A stretch of DNA of 64,000 nt, from the NCBI GenBank assembly GCA_043732705.1, contig JAYTHE010000026.1, positions 12,136 through 76,135 on the forward strand, given 5' to 3'. The first letter of the stretch is position 1, and every line of letters starts with the position of its first letter. The translations under genes were made by a program, and so were the position numbers. The notes under the pieces were generated by a model. It saw only the letters and a program-made list of their open reading frames with translations, made no database searches and was not told the DNA's origin. The stretch is from Candidatus Omnitrophota bacterium (GTDB lineage: Bacteria; Omnitrophota; Omnitrophia; Omnitrophales; Aquincolibacteriaceae). This document shows positions 29,268 through 39,200 of this stretch, piece by piece.

Positions 29268-29268
29268 C
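29242..29268. repeat. Single ATTCCC-N8-GGGAAT repeat overlapping the nuclease stop codon
   Basis: CTGGATTCCCGCCTTCGCGGGAATGAC. Confidence 0.95.
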
Positions 29269-29342
29269 AGTAAAAACAGAGGTTTAATAATCGTGGATTT
29301 AACTGTCTTTAGTCCACAGTCTTCAGTCTTTGGTCTGCTATT

Positions 29343-29888
29343 ATGAAATTAATAGCAACTGCAATTCCCGATGTCATTTTAATTGAACCACAAGTTTTCG
29401 GCGACGAACGCGGATTTTTTATGGAAACTTTCCGCGGAGAATGGCTGACAAAACTAGGAATTAAGCACGGCTTTGTTCAGGATAATCATAGTATGTCGGT
29501 GAAAGGTGTTTTGCGCGGGCTGCATTTTCAAAAGCCGCCTTACGAACAAGCTAAATTAGTGCGCGTGATTAAAGGTGAAGCGCTTGATGTGGCGGTTGAT
29601 TTACGGCACGGATCGCCGACATTCGGAAAAGTTGCAGCTGAAATTTTATCCGAGAAAAACCGCCGCATGATGTATGTTCCGAAAGGCTTTGCGCATGGTT
29701 ATTGCGCGATATCGGAGACTTGCGAATTTCTTTATAAGGTCTCGGATTTTTATGCGCCGGGCTCCGAAGGCGGAATTATTTGGAATGACCCCGGGCTTAA
29801 TATTCAATGGCCTAAGCTCGACACGCCGTATATTCTTTCTGACAAAGATAAGAAGTTTCCAACCTTGAAAGAGTGGGTGAAAACCTAA
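29343..29888 (+). CDS. rfbC: dTDP-4-dehydrorhamnose 3,5-epimerase
   Basis: FGDERGFFMETF, VQDNHSMS, LRGLHFQ, DVAVDLR.GSPTFG, PKGFAHG. Confidence 0.96.
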   Translation: MKLIATAIPDVILIEPQVFGDERGFFMETFRGEWLTKLGIKHGFVQDNHSMSVKGVLRGLHFQKPPYEQAKLVRVIKGEALDVAVDLRHGSPTFGKVAAEILSEKNRRMMYVPKGFAHGYCAISETCEFLYKVSDFYAPGSEGGIIWNDPGLNIQWPKLDTPYILSDKDKKFPTLKEWVKT

Positions 29889-29912
29889 TCACGGACGTGG
29901 TCCGAGATCTTT

Positions 29913-29978
29913 GTCATTCCCGCGAAGGCGGGGATCCAGGTCTAACGATTACTAGATTCCCGCCTTCGCGGGAATGAC
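29913..29978. repeat. Inverted doublet of the ATTCCC-N8-GGGAAT repeat between convergent rfbC and rlmD
   Basis: GTCATTCCCGCGAAGGCGGGGATCCAG ... CTAGATTCCCGCCTTCGCGGGAATGAC. Confidence 0.95.
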
Positions 29979-29991
29979 ATTAAAAAGGAAA

Positions 29992-31230
29992 TCATCTCTT
30001 TTTTAAGATGACGAGGGTTTCAATATGCTTGGTACGCGGAAACATATCAAAGGCCTGAACAGATTCCACCTTATAAGCCCGCTCGGTGAGTATCCTTAAA
30101 TCGCGCCCTAAAGCCCCCATATGACACGATATATATAGTATCGAATCAGGGCCCTTCCCTGAAGAAAGCGCCTTAGAAACGATGGGATCAAGGCCTGTGC
30201 GGGGAGGGTCAAGCAGGGCAAGAACGGGGCCATGGTGCTCTTCTTCCAAAATATCTTCGATGCAGTTTTCCACTTCTTCAGGGGCGATTTCAGCTGCAAG
30301 CCCCGCGTTATTCAAATTCATTTGCAAGGCGTCAATCGCTTGCGGATGACTTTCAACACACAAGGTTTGAGATTTGCTTGGATGCACGAGCATTGTAAAA
30401 GTACCCACGCCCGCGTAAAGATCCCAAAAATGTTCCGGTTTTAAACTTTCATACTGCGCATGAATTTTTTCTGCGATTTTTAAAGTCATTTCAAGATTAT
30501 TTTGAAAAAAGCAGCGCGAATGTGTTCGCAGGCGGATATTACCAACCGGAATATTAAAAAAAGTATCTTCAGCGCTTGTGGTAACTTTGCCTGCGGCTCC
30601 CACACGCACTGTGATTCTATTTGCTTTTGCAGTGTCATCCTCGCGCAGGCGGGGATCCATGTGCGGGTCGTTGGTCTGACGCGCAGTAGTCATCCCTGCG
30701 GAAGCAGGGATCTTCTGCCTGTTATCTCGAGTCTCTGGTCTCAGGTCTGCCAGAAATGAGTTAATCTCATTTTTAGCAAGTAGGCATGATTTGATTGCGA
30801 CTTTCGACTCATTGTTCTCATCCACAAAACCCCAGCCGTTATTTGCGTGATGTAAAGTGATGTGATTGCGATAGCTGTAAGGGTTGGAATTCGCGACAAT
30901 CGGCAGAAAAAGTTCATCGGGAAGCTGCAGCTGCTTTTGTAAAGATTCACGGATTTGAATTTCTTTCCATTTCACTTCTTCCGCGTAGCTCATGTGCTGA
31001 TACTGACAGCCGCCGCAGGAACCATAATAGGGGCAGGGAGGCGTCTCCCGCGCGTTAGAAGGATTCTCAATTTTGATGGCCCGTGCTTCTATAAAATTCT
31101 TTTTATCCTGAAGAATTTTAATTTCAACCGTTTCGCCCGGCAAAGCATTTTCAACAAAGCAAACTTTGCCTTCAAATCTGCCAATACCTTTTCCGCCGTA
31201 ACCTATTTTTTCGATTTTGATTTGTGTCAT
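29992..31230 (-). CDS. rlmD: 23S rRNA (uracil-5-)-methyltransferase RlmD/RumA family with TRAM domain
   Basis: TRAM N-terminus, CPYYGSCGGCQ, FFQNN, DLYAGVG, DPPRTG, YISC, DMFPRTKHIE. Confidence 0.88.
   Translation of the reverse strand: MTQIKIEKIGYGGKGIGRFEGKVCFVENALPGETVEIKILQDKKNFIEARAIKIENPSNARETPPCPYYGSCGGCQYQHMSYAEEVKWKEIQIRESLQKQLQLPDELFLPIVANSNPYSYRNHITLHHANNGWGFVDENNESKVAIKSCLLAKNEINSFLADLRPETRDNRQKIPASAGMTTARQTNDPHMDPRLREDDTAKANRITVRVGAAGKVTTSAEDTFFNIPVGNIRLRTHSRCFFQNNLEMTLKIAEKIHAQYESLKPEHFWDLYAGVGTFTMLVHPSKSQTLCVESHPQAIDALQMNLNNAGLAAEIAPEEVENCIEDILEEEHHGPVLALLDPPRTGLDPIVSKALSSGKGPDSILYISCHMGALGRDLRILTERAYKVESVQAFDMFPRTKHIETLVILKKR
30634..30713. repeat. Two degenerate repeat copies (30634-30660, 30689-30713) inside the rlmD reading frame
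   Basis: GTCATCCTCGCGCAGGCGGGGATCCAT and GTCATCCCTGCGGAAGCAGGGATCT, translated as MDPRLREDD and IPASAGMT. Confidence 0.85.
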
Positions 31231-31257
31231 ATGAATTAATTTTTTGTATCCGTACTT

Positions 31258-31323
31258 GTCATCCCCGCGAAGGCGGGGATCCAGTCTTGAGTATTGCTAG
31301 ATTCCCGCCTGCGCGGGAATGAC
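31258..31323. repeat. Inverted doublet of the ATTCCC-N8-GGGAAT repeat
   Basis: GTCATCCCCGCGAAGGCGGGGATCCAG ... CTAGATTCCCGCCTGCGCGGGAATGAC. Confidence 0.95.
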
Positions 31324-31340
31324 AGCGGGTGATTATAGAC

Positions 31341-31375
31341 AAAAAAAGAGGAGAGACCTACAAAAGTCTCTCCCC
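31341..31375 (-). terminator. Rho-independent terminator of the FadL-like gene
   Basis: On the minus strand GGAGAGAC / GTCTCTCC stem followed by T7. Confidence 0.75.
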
Positions 31376-31390
31376 TTAAATTAAAGAATG

Positions 31391-32815
31391 CTATTTGGCG
31401 GCGACTGTCGAGCCTTCCCAGTCTTCAGCTTCTTTGGGGGTGGGTTGAAGCCCGTCCCACTTGTAAGTGAGGCCAAAGTTCCAAACATGCAGGAATGATT
31501 TGTATGTGCCGTCCACGGATGTCCCTAAAGGGTTGCTGATGTCATTTTGGACATGGCGATTGAGAAAGAAAACAGCAGTGTAGGCTGCATCAAAAGTAAG
31601 ATATTTCGTGAATGCATAAGAGATTCCAGCCGCCCAAATCATGCGGTTTGAATCCGGCACAACCGGTGTGAAGTGATTTTTGGGGATAGGCGTCCAATAC
31701 CAAAAGTTGCTGCCACGCAAAGTTAATTTATCGGTCATTTTATGACTTACACCGTACGCGAGAGAGTATCCGTTATGCCAATCTTTATCTGCTGCGCCGG
31801 TTGGTCCAGGAGTATTGAAAAGACTGTTTAGTAAATTATCATGAAAGCCGCTTAGCCCGCCCAACGATGTGCCGCTGATTGGATCCACAGGAATGTTGAG
31901 GTTGTCAAAAACAGACCAACGGGTCCAACCGAAATCAATTCCGACATCGGTTTTCTCAGTGGCTTTATAGTTATATCCCCAAGTCATATTCATGGGTAAA
32001 TGGACTTTGGTGTGAATGCCGGTTTCAAATTTACCGGTCGTCCCGCCTCCGGCAAAGTCGTCTAAAATATTCTCACCCTTAAGTAGACCCTTAGCGCGGA
32101 CCAAAACAGGACTGCGGAAGTAAAAACCAATTTTATGTTTGGGCGCCGGTTTTGCCAAAATCCCCATATGCCAACCCCATGCATTCCCGGATAAGTTGCC
32201 GCGAACCTGTCCGTCGGGAGTGGTGGGTACGCCTGTAATGGCTTTATTGGGATAAGCCGCGATTTGGCCTAAGTCAAAAATACGATACCACATTGGACCG
32301 CCGCCCATTGAGAGCCAATCTGTAAATCGAAAAGAGGCAACGGGTTTGATCGCATACATTTTAAGCCAGTTGCGAGAGCCAGTGTAATGCGTTGCCGTAA
32401 AACCGGAATCATATTTATTGGAAAGACCAAACGGAGAATCAACGCCAAGACCGAGTGCTAATCGGTCATTGAAAACTTTACCCGGATTAACCGAAAGATA
32501 AGTTGTTGGCGCGACAATGGTTGTTCCCGAACTGCGTGAAGAACCTCCGCCCGGCAAATCACTATCCATACGTGTCCACATATTTAAAAAATTGGCATTG
32601 CCTTGAAATTGGACGCCCGGTAAATCAACCAATCCCGCAGGGTTCGATGAAATGGAAGCGGGCTCATCAGGATCAGCTGTCACTGCGCCGCGAGCATAAG
32701 CACGGGGGCTAAAAGTAGCATTTTCGAAACCGGCGCCGCCGACGGCATAAGAAGAAGCGGGGAGTGCGATGAGTACAATGAGTATGAGAGCTGATACTTT
32801 TTTGAAATGCTGCAT
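31391..32815 (-). CDS. FadL/OmpP1-family outer membrane transporter
   Basis: Signal peptide; hatch motif GF.....SPRAYARG...D.PASISSNPAGL; LGLGVDSPFGL; WTRWS; DKDW; PDSNR. Confidence 0.88.
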   Translation of the reverse strand: MQHFKKVSALILIVLIALPASSYAVGGAGFENATFSPRAYARGAVTADPDEPASISSNPAGLVDLPGVQFQGNANFLNMWTRMDSDLPGGGSSRSSGTTIVAPTTYLSVNPGKVFNDRLALGLGVDSPFGLSNKYDSGFTATHYTGSRNWLKMYAIKPVASFRFTDWLSMGGGPMWYRIFDLGQIAAYPNKAITGVPTTPDGQVRGNLSGNAWGWHMGILAKPAPKHKIGFYFRSPVLVRAKGLLKGENILDDFAGGGTTGKFETGIHTKVHLPMNMTWGYNYKATEKTDVGIDFGWTRWSVFDNLNIPVDPISGTSLGGLSGFHDNLLNSLFNTPGPTGAADKDWHNGYSLAYGVSHKMTDKLTLRGSNFWYWTPIPKNHFTPVVPDSNRMIWAAGISYAFTKYLTFDAAYTAVFFLNRHVQNDISNPLGTSVDGTYKSFLHVWNFGLTYKWDGLQPTPKEAEDWEGSTVAAK

Positions 32816-33125
32816 TTTTTTCCCCTCCGACGCATGCGTCGTTCCCTAAAGTCAGTATTTATTCCGCTTCATTCTAACGGCAATTTCCGGAATTTCTTCA
32901 GATTTAAATCAAGATAAAGAAAAGTCTTTTGATTGAAGGTCCGCGATTTTATCTCCGCGAGCTCAAAATCAGAAATAAATCGATCTCGTTAAACCTTCTT
33001 ATAAAGTTTTCAGTACTCAAGTGAATGATATTAATAAACGTTTTTTATCGTTTTTTGGTATCCGCTCTTCCGCTTTTCTTTCATTCGCGCATGCTATTTC
33101 CTGAGTCTCTGTTTAAACTCCAAAC

Positions 33126-33299
33126 ATGACGCATCCTGAAAAAATAAACACAGATAGTTGGATCGAAATCAAATTGATTGTTGAGCCGGAGGAATATCGA
33201 TTCCTTCAAAAGCAAGCTCAGCGCAAAGACATGATGGTTTCAGACCTAATTCGGCAAATTGTTCTGCGCTACATCGGTAATGAACGGGGGAGTTTATGA
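33126..33299 (+). CDS. 57-aa ribbon-helix-helix-like protein (absent from the ORF track)
   Basis: Manual translation MTHPEKINTDSWIEIKLIVEPEEYRFLQKQAQRKDMMVSDLIRQIVLRYIGNERGSL; its TGA overlaps the ATG of the giant gene (ATGA). Confidence 0.7.
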   Translation: MTHPEKINTDSWIEIKLIVEPEEYRFLQKQAQRKDMMVSDLIRQIVLRYIGNERGSL

Positions 33300-36200
33300 G
33301 GTTAAAAAAAACAGTCAAGAAAGTGACCGCGCTTTTTTTGATAGTTACTTTTTCTTGGACAAATTTAATTGGAGCAAATAGCTGGGCGGCAGTCGAGCCG
33401 ATTCAAATGGTTAATGGGCAAGCCACAGCTGTTACCGATCCTTTTGCCACGAATACAAGTACTACTCAGATGGGAACGGTTCCCGTTGATTTTTTAGCGC
33501 AACAACCTGTGGTGACAACCGCTGCCGCAGTCTCCTTGGTTTCAATTGCTCCTACAGCTGCATTAAAATCTACCAACGTATCAAGTTTGTTGGGGAACCC
33601 TAAACCTTATATTCTTTCTAGTTCAACTTCCGCGACAAATCTGAGCTATGTAAACAATGCATTCAATTTTGGTTATAGTGTTCCAAATACTAACGACAAA
33701 TCAGGATTTTCTGTTTCATTTGATAATACAAGTACGGCCTTGATAGAAACGCAAAGCCTAACAAAAATGACCTTGGGTTTGAAGGGCACTGCTTCGACAA
33801 TTCAACTCGAAATCGTGGACTCATCCGGAATGCACGATAAGATTTTACTCACAGGTATTTCAAACACAGTCGAGCAGTTTTGGAAGATTCCAACGGCCTA
33901 CTTTTCTGCTTCAGTGAATAAAGCGAAAATTACTCAAATTAATTTTATTGTTGATCAATCGAATACTACAACCACAGCCCGATCGGGAACTTTGAATGTT
34001 CGGTTGAACGGATTGGATGTCGCTTCGCCAACTGCGCCTCTTGTGCAATCTGCGCCGCCCGCATTTTCAAATGTGAATAATATTACCTTGTCAGGAGCCA
34101 AAGAAGCGAACACATCACTTTTGATTAATGGTGTTGAAGTTATGCCGCGTAATAACTCAACAGCCTGGTCTTATCAGGTGAGCTTGCCCATAGAAGGTAA
34201 ATATATATTCAGTCTGATTGTCAAAAATTCGCTTGGAAAAATCAGTGCGGCATCTACGGTTGCGATAACGCGTGATACTGTTTTACCAACCGGAACAATC
34301 ATAATCGATTCAGGGGCTCTTTATTCCACTGACTTAAATGTGGCGTTGAAGCTTTCGGCGGTAGACGCCGGCAGCGCGGTCAAAAAAATGAGTTTTTCAG
34401 CGGACGGAGTGAATTGGAGTGCTCAAGAAACTTATGTGACTGCAAAAACTCTGACGCTTTCCTCAGGCGACGGTAATAAAACGGTGTATGTGAAATTTTA
34501 TGACGGAGCGGGGAATGCTAGCGCCGTATATTCCAAATCAATCATTGTTGATACTTTACCGCCTTCCGGAACAATTAAAGTGAATGATGGTGTGGCGATG
34601 ATTAATCAACGGGTAGCAATGTTGAATCTTTTAGCTGTAGACGTTGGATCCGGTGTCAGCAAAATGAGTTTTTCAACTAACGGGACTTCTTGGACAACCG
34701 CAGAAGTCTATGGGACAACTAAAGATTGGATATTTTCAGCGGGTGATGGGAATAAAATAGTTTATGTAAAGTTTTTGGATAAGTCGGGTAAATGGTCAAC
34801 GCCGATATCAGCAGCTGTTTTGATGGATACAATCAAACCGACAGGATCAATTAATATTAATTCCGGAGCGGCTTATGTTAATTTGCCTGAGATTGCGCTT
34901 AATCTTTCTGCTGCCGATCTTGGGGGAGCAGGCATCGGCAGCATGAGTTTCTCGTCTGACAATGTGAATTGGACAGTGCCGGAAGCTTACACGACTACCA
35001 AATCCTTTGTGCTTTCTCCCGGCGATGGGAATAAAACAATTTATGTAAAATATTTTGATAAAGCGGGGAATGTGAGTGTCGCTTATTCAAAATCCATTCT
35101 ATTGGATACGATAGCACCAACGGGTACGATGCGTATTAACGGAGGCGAGTCTTTTGTTAGTCAGACAGCCGTAACTCTTAATTTAACCGCAGCTGATTCC
35201 GGTACGGGGCTCGATAAGGTAAGTTTTTCGAATGATGGTGTGAATTGGAGCGTGGCCGAAACATTTGCTGCCGAGAAAAATTGGGTGCTTGCGATTGGCG
35301 AAGATCTTAAAACTGTTTTTGTTAAGTTTCTTGATAAGGCCGGTAATTGGTCAAGTGTAATTTCTAATAGCATTTTTCTGGATGTCACCGCGCCCACGGG
35401 GGCAATCAATATTAACTCCGGCACTGCTTACACAAACTCAAAAAATATCACATTAAATTTATTAGCAAATGATTCTGGCAGTGGTATCGATAAGATGAGT
35501 TTCTCAGTAGATGGAATTAATTGGAGCGCGCTTGAAAATTTTACGGCTTCCAAAGCATGGATGCTTTCTGACAATGATGGGAATAAAACGATTTATGTAA
35601 AATATTTTGATAAAGCGGGGAATGGGAGTGTCGCTTACTCAAAGTCCATTATCCTGGACACTATCGCACCGATTATTGATCTTTTGAATGCGCCGACTCA
35701 TGCAAATAGCGCAAGTTACATGACTCAGTATCGTGTGGATGGCGTATTAAAAGACAAAGCTTTTACGCTTAGCTCCGGAATGAATGCGATTTCAATTCGG
35801 GAAATAGACTTTGCGGGAAATGAAACAATTCGCACATGGAATGTGGAATATTCTACGACGGAAGACATCAATCTTGCCGGCGGTGGGTTGCAACATTTTG
35901 AAAATGGAAAGATTCAGTATCAGGTTAATGCGGACGGGAGCCGGGTTAATTATAATTCGGATGGATCGATTGCGAATTTTTCATGGGGCATAGCGAATGG
36001 AAATACAAAGGTCACATTTTTAAATGACGCACAAAACTCTTTAGAAATACGCGACGCATCCAATCAATTAATCAAGATCATCTCAAATGTAAAACCCCCA
36101 GAGCCTAATTTGAGCAACGCTCTTAAAATTAATTTGCAAGATGGAATCGAGACTTACTATTCAGAAGGTGTCTTGAAGGAAATCCGGACTGCGGAAAATG

Positions 36201-39200
36201 TGAAGCTTTTTAATTTAACGATGTCCGCGCCTGTCTCCGCAAGTGAAGTGCCCGAAATACGGGATGCCGTGATTGCTTATCCTAATGGTTCGATTGACAT
36301 TATGTGGAATAAATTTTTGATCCGCAGAATCACAGTTGATGGATCAATTACAGATATGCTGCCTGACGGAACGATAGGCAGGGAAATTAGCGAGGAAATT
36401 GAGCAAACTTATCTCGGAATTTATGATGCCTCCGGAAATGTTGCAGGGACAAAAATTCTTTCGAATCAAGGCGACGAAGTCACTTACGACGAAAAGGGAA
36501 TTTTAAAAGAAGTCAAAGGGCATGATGGTAAGCATTTTGTTTATGATCGCACACAAAGTGGGAACCAGTATCTTTTAAGCCTAAACGGAGCACTTTCCAG
36601 TTCTGCGTCGGACCAAACGCTTAAATCAGGGAAATATGCGCAAGACGGAAGCGTTCTTGAGCTTGATTTTCAAAATGGCAGCAAAGTAACCTTTGAAAAC
36701 GGACAAATTAAACAGGCTGTAAATGCACAAGGTGAGACGGTTAATTACAGTCAACTGCTAAGCAATGGCCTCGCACAGGGGCTAATGGTGAATCGGGGCT
36801 TAGCCAATTTTACTTATGACATAACCGGTTTTCTCAGCCAGATTCAAACGGAACAAGGAATCATTACCCGCGAACAAGTGGACTCTAATCACGATGGTCT
36901 GCTCAATGACCAAGATACGGTCGATTTGCTGTTGGAGCTGACAGGCGGGAATAAACTCACGGATTTTCAATTGGATGTGAATGGGAAAATTTTAAATGGG
37001 ATTATCGAGACGCGCGAAGGTATAAAGCAGAAAATTGAAAATGGAATTCTTAGAGAGCTAATTACCGCAGATGGCAAAAAATATCTGATACATAACGGAC
37101 AGGCAGAACTTGATACTTGGGCATTTCAGGATGGCATAGTTGTGAAGTATGGCGGTACAAGTATTCAGCAGATTTTGTTTCCAAATGGGAAGCGTTTTGA
37201 GCAAGTGCAGCTTAACGCACAAAAAGAAATTGCAAGCTATGTTGAAATTGATGGTAACACACAAAGTTTTTTTGAAAATGGAATTTTAAAAAAGCGTGTT
37301 TTTGATGGGGTTCAGATTTTTTACTCAATAGATGGACGAGCTCAAAAAATAATCCGTGCGAATGGTGCCGAGGAATTTGTTGAGCATCAATTTGATGTGA
37401 ATGGAAATTGGGTTGGATTAAATCTGGTTAGTGCGGATGGCATGCTTGTTTACGATGAGGATGGAAAGCTTACCGCTATTTTGACATCAGGCTTAACCGC
37501 GCAGGTCGAAGATAGCACGATTAAGAGTCTTTCAACGCGCTTTGGAAATATACAAGATCCCGTTTTTAATGCTAAGGGCAATCTGAACGGAGAGGTTGTT
37601 TTATCAGACGAACGAAAACTTCTCATTCAGGATGGCAAACTTTTACGTATAACTTTTAAAAATGGAACACAGATTGATTGTGCCAATGGTCGCATCTCAC
37701 GCGTTGAAAATTCAGAGGGAATTTATCAGCTTACCTACTTGGAAAACTCTAGTGCCCTTGAGGATGTTAAAGTTAATTATGTCTTAAGCCCCGGTACTTC
37801 TGCCACCGGACTTACGGTTGAAATGAGCCTCGCAAGCTATTTACTAGCTAATCCTTATTCTGAATTTTCAAAAATCATAAGTCCTCGCCCTGCGAAAGAT
37901 ATTTTTGCGGGTGGAATACAAACACAGTTAGGCGCTCATGGTTTACTTGATTTATCAAAGATAGTTGAAGACCAAGATCGCGGAGATACTTACTCCGTAG
38001 GAGGGATTTTTGATCCAAACTTATCAGATATTTATAATTTAGATGGCAACTATAACGGCGGATATCTTAGCAAAAGTCTCATGGGGATGATTGCTTCTGA
38101 TTTACTAGATTTAGATGGAGATGGTGATTTAGACCGGATCTTTGTTGATTCTTCGAAAAATTTTTGGTGGGTTCAAAAATTTGAAAATGGAAGTTTCCTT
38201 TCTGCTGAGAAGTGGATCGGGATAGAGGCGATTGGAAATACAGTCAATAATTTTGCTTTAAGATTCTCTAATGACTCAAACACCGCGGTTATGGGTAACT
38301 TGCTGGATATGAACGGGGATGGCAGGCCTGATCGCGTAGTAGCTTCTGTAAATGAAAATCCCGTTTGGTATGTTCAATTAAATAATGGTGTCGGTTTTGA
38401 TCCGGCTAAAATTTGGAGTAATGTGCAGCCGCTTATCCAAATCAATGCCGGCGATCCTATCAACAAGTACGCGCTACAAGTTCGCGAGAATTCTTCGCAA
38501 AATCAGTTTTTTATCTCTGATTTAATTGACATGGATGGTGACAATTTGCCGGATCGCATTATTCAATCGCAAGCAAGCCCTGTTCCTGGCGCGGATCCAT
38601 TCAATCATTGGTTTTTTCAAAAAAATAACGGACATGGGTTTGATGAAGCTGTCATTTGGAAAGGGATTAACAATTCCTTTGATCTGGATCCTAAGATCGG
38701 CAGCGGCATGAACGTTTTTTTTAATAGTACAACTTGGTTTGATGAAGATCTGCGCCTTGCATTTACAAGCGCCCATGCAAGTTTTAATAACGCTTGGACT
38801 AGCAAAAATATTAATGCTTACCGTGCGACTTTCCTTCTAACTAAGTCAATGGTTAAAGGGCCTCCGGGAATCTTGAATTGGCTTAATAGCCTGGAACCGC
38901 AGCTTTTCGGAACGACATGTGTAAAGAACATATGCACTCAATATATAAAGGAAAACGTATACCAAGCGGCCAACGCACTTTTTTCAAACATTGATTCTGT
39001 CCAAAGAAATATTCTAACCACGAGCGTTCTAAAGGACATGAATGGCGATGGCCGGCCCGATCGAATTTTACTTAAACAGAAGAATCCGAGTAATGCTAAT
39101 TCGGGCTATAGCTGGTACATCCAATGGAATAATGGCAGCGGCTTTGATCCCGCTGTTCTTTTTGATGATCAAGTTCGCAGTGTGTCGGGCAGCATTGCGC

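Noticed and set aside
28861-31323. Clustered 27-bp palindromic repeats as a CRISPR array or integron attC sites
   Set aside because: Copies are inverted doublets at irregular kb-scale spacing around housekeeping genes; no constant-length spacers, cas genes or tyrosine integrase are present.
35024-35670. Near-identical 95-nt pair as a DGR template/variable repeat
   Set aside because: Mismatches are not adenine-specific and are mostly synonymous; both copies are coding repeats; no reverse transcriptase is in the window.
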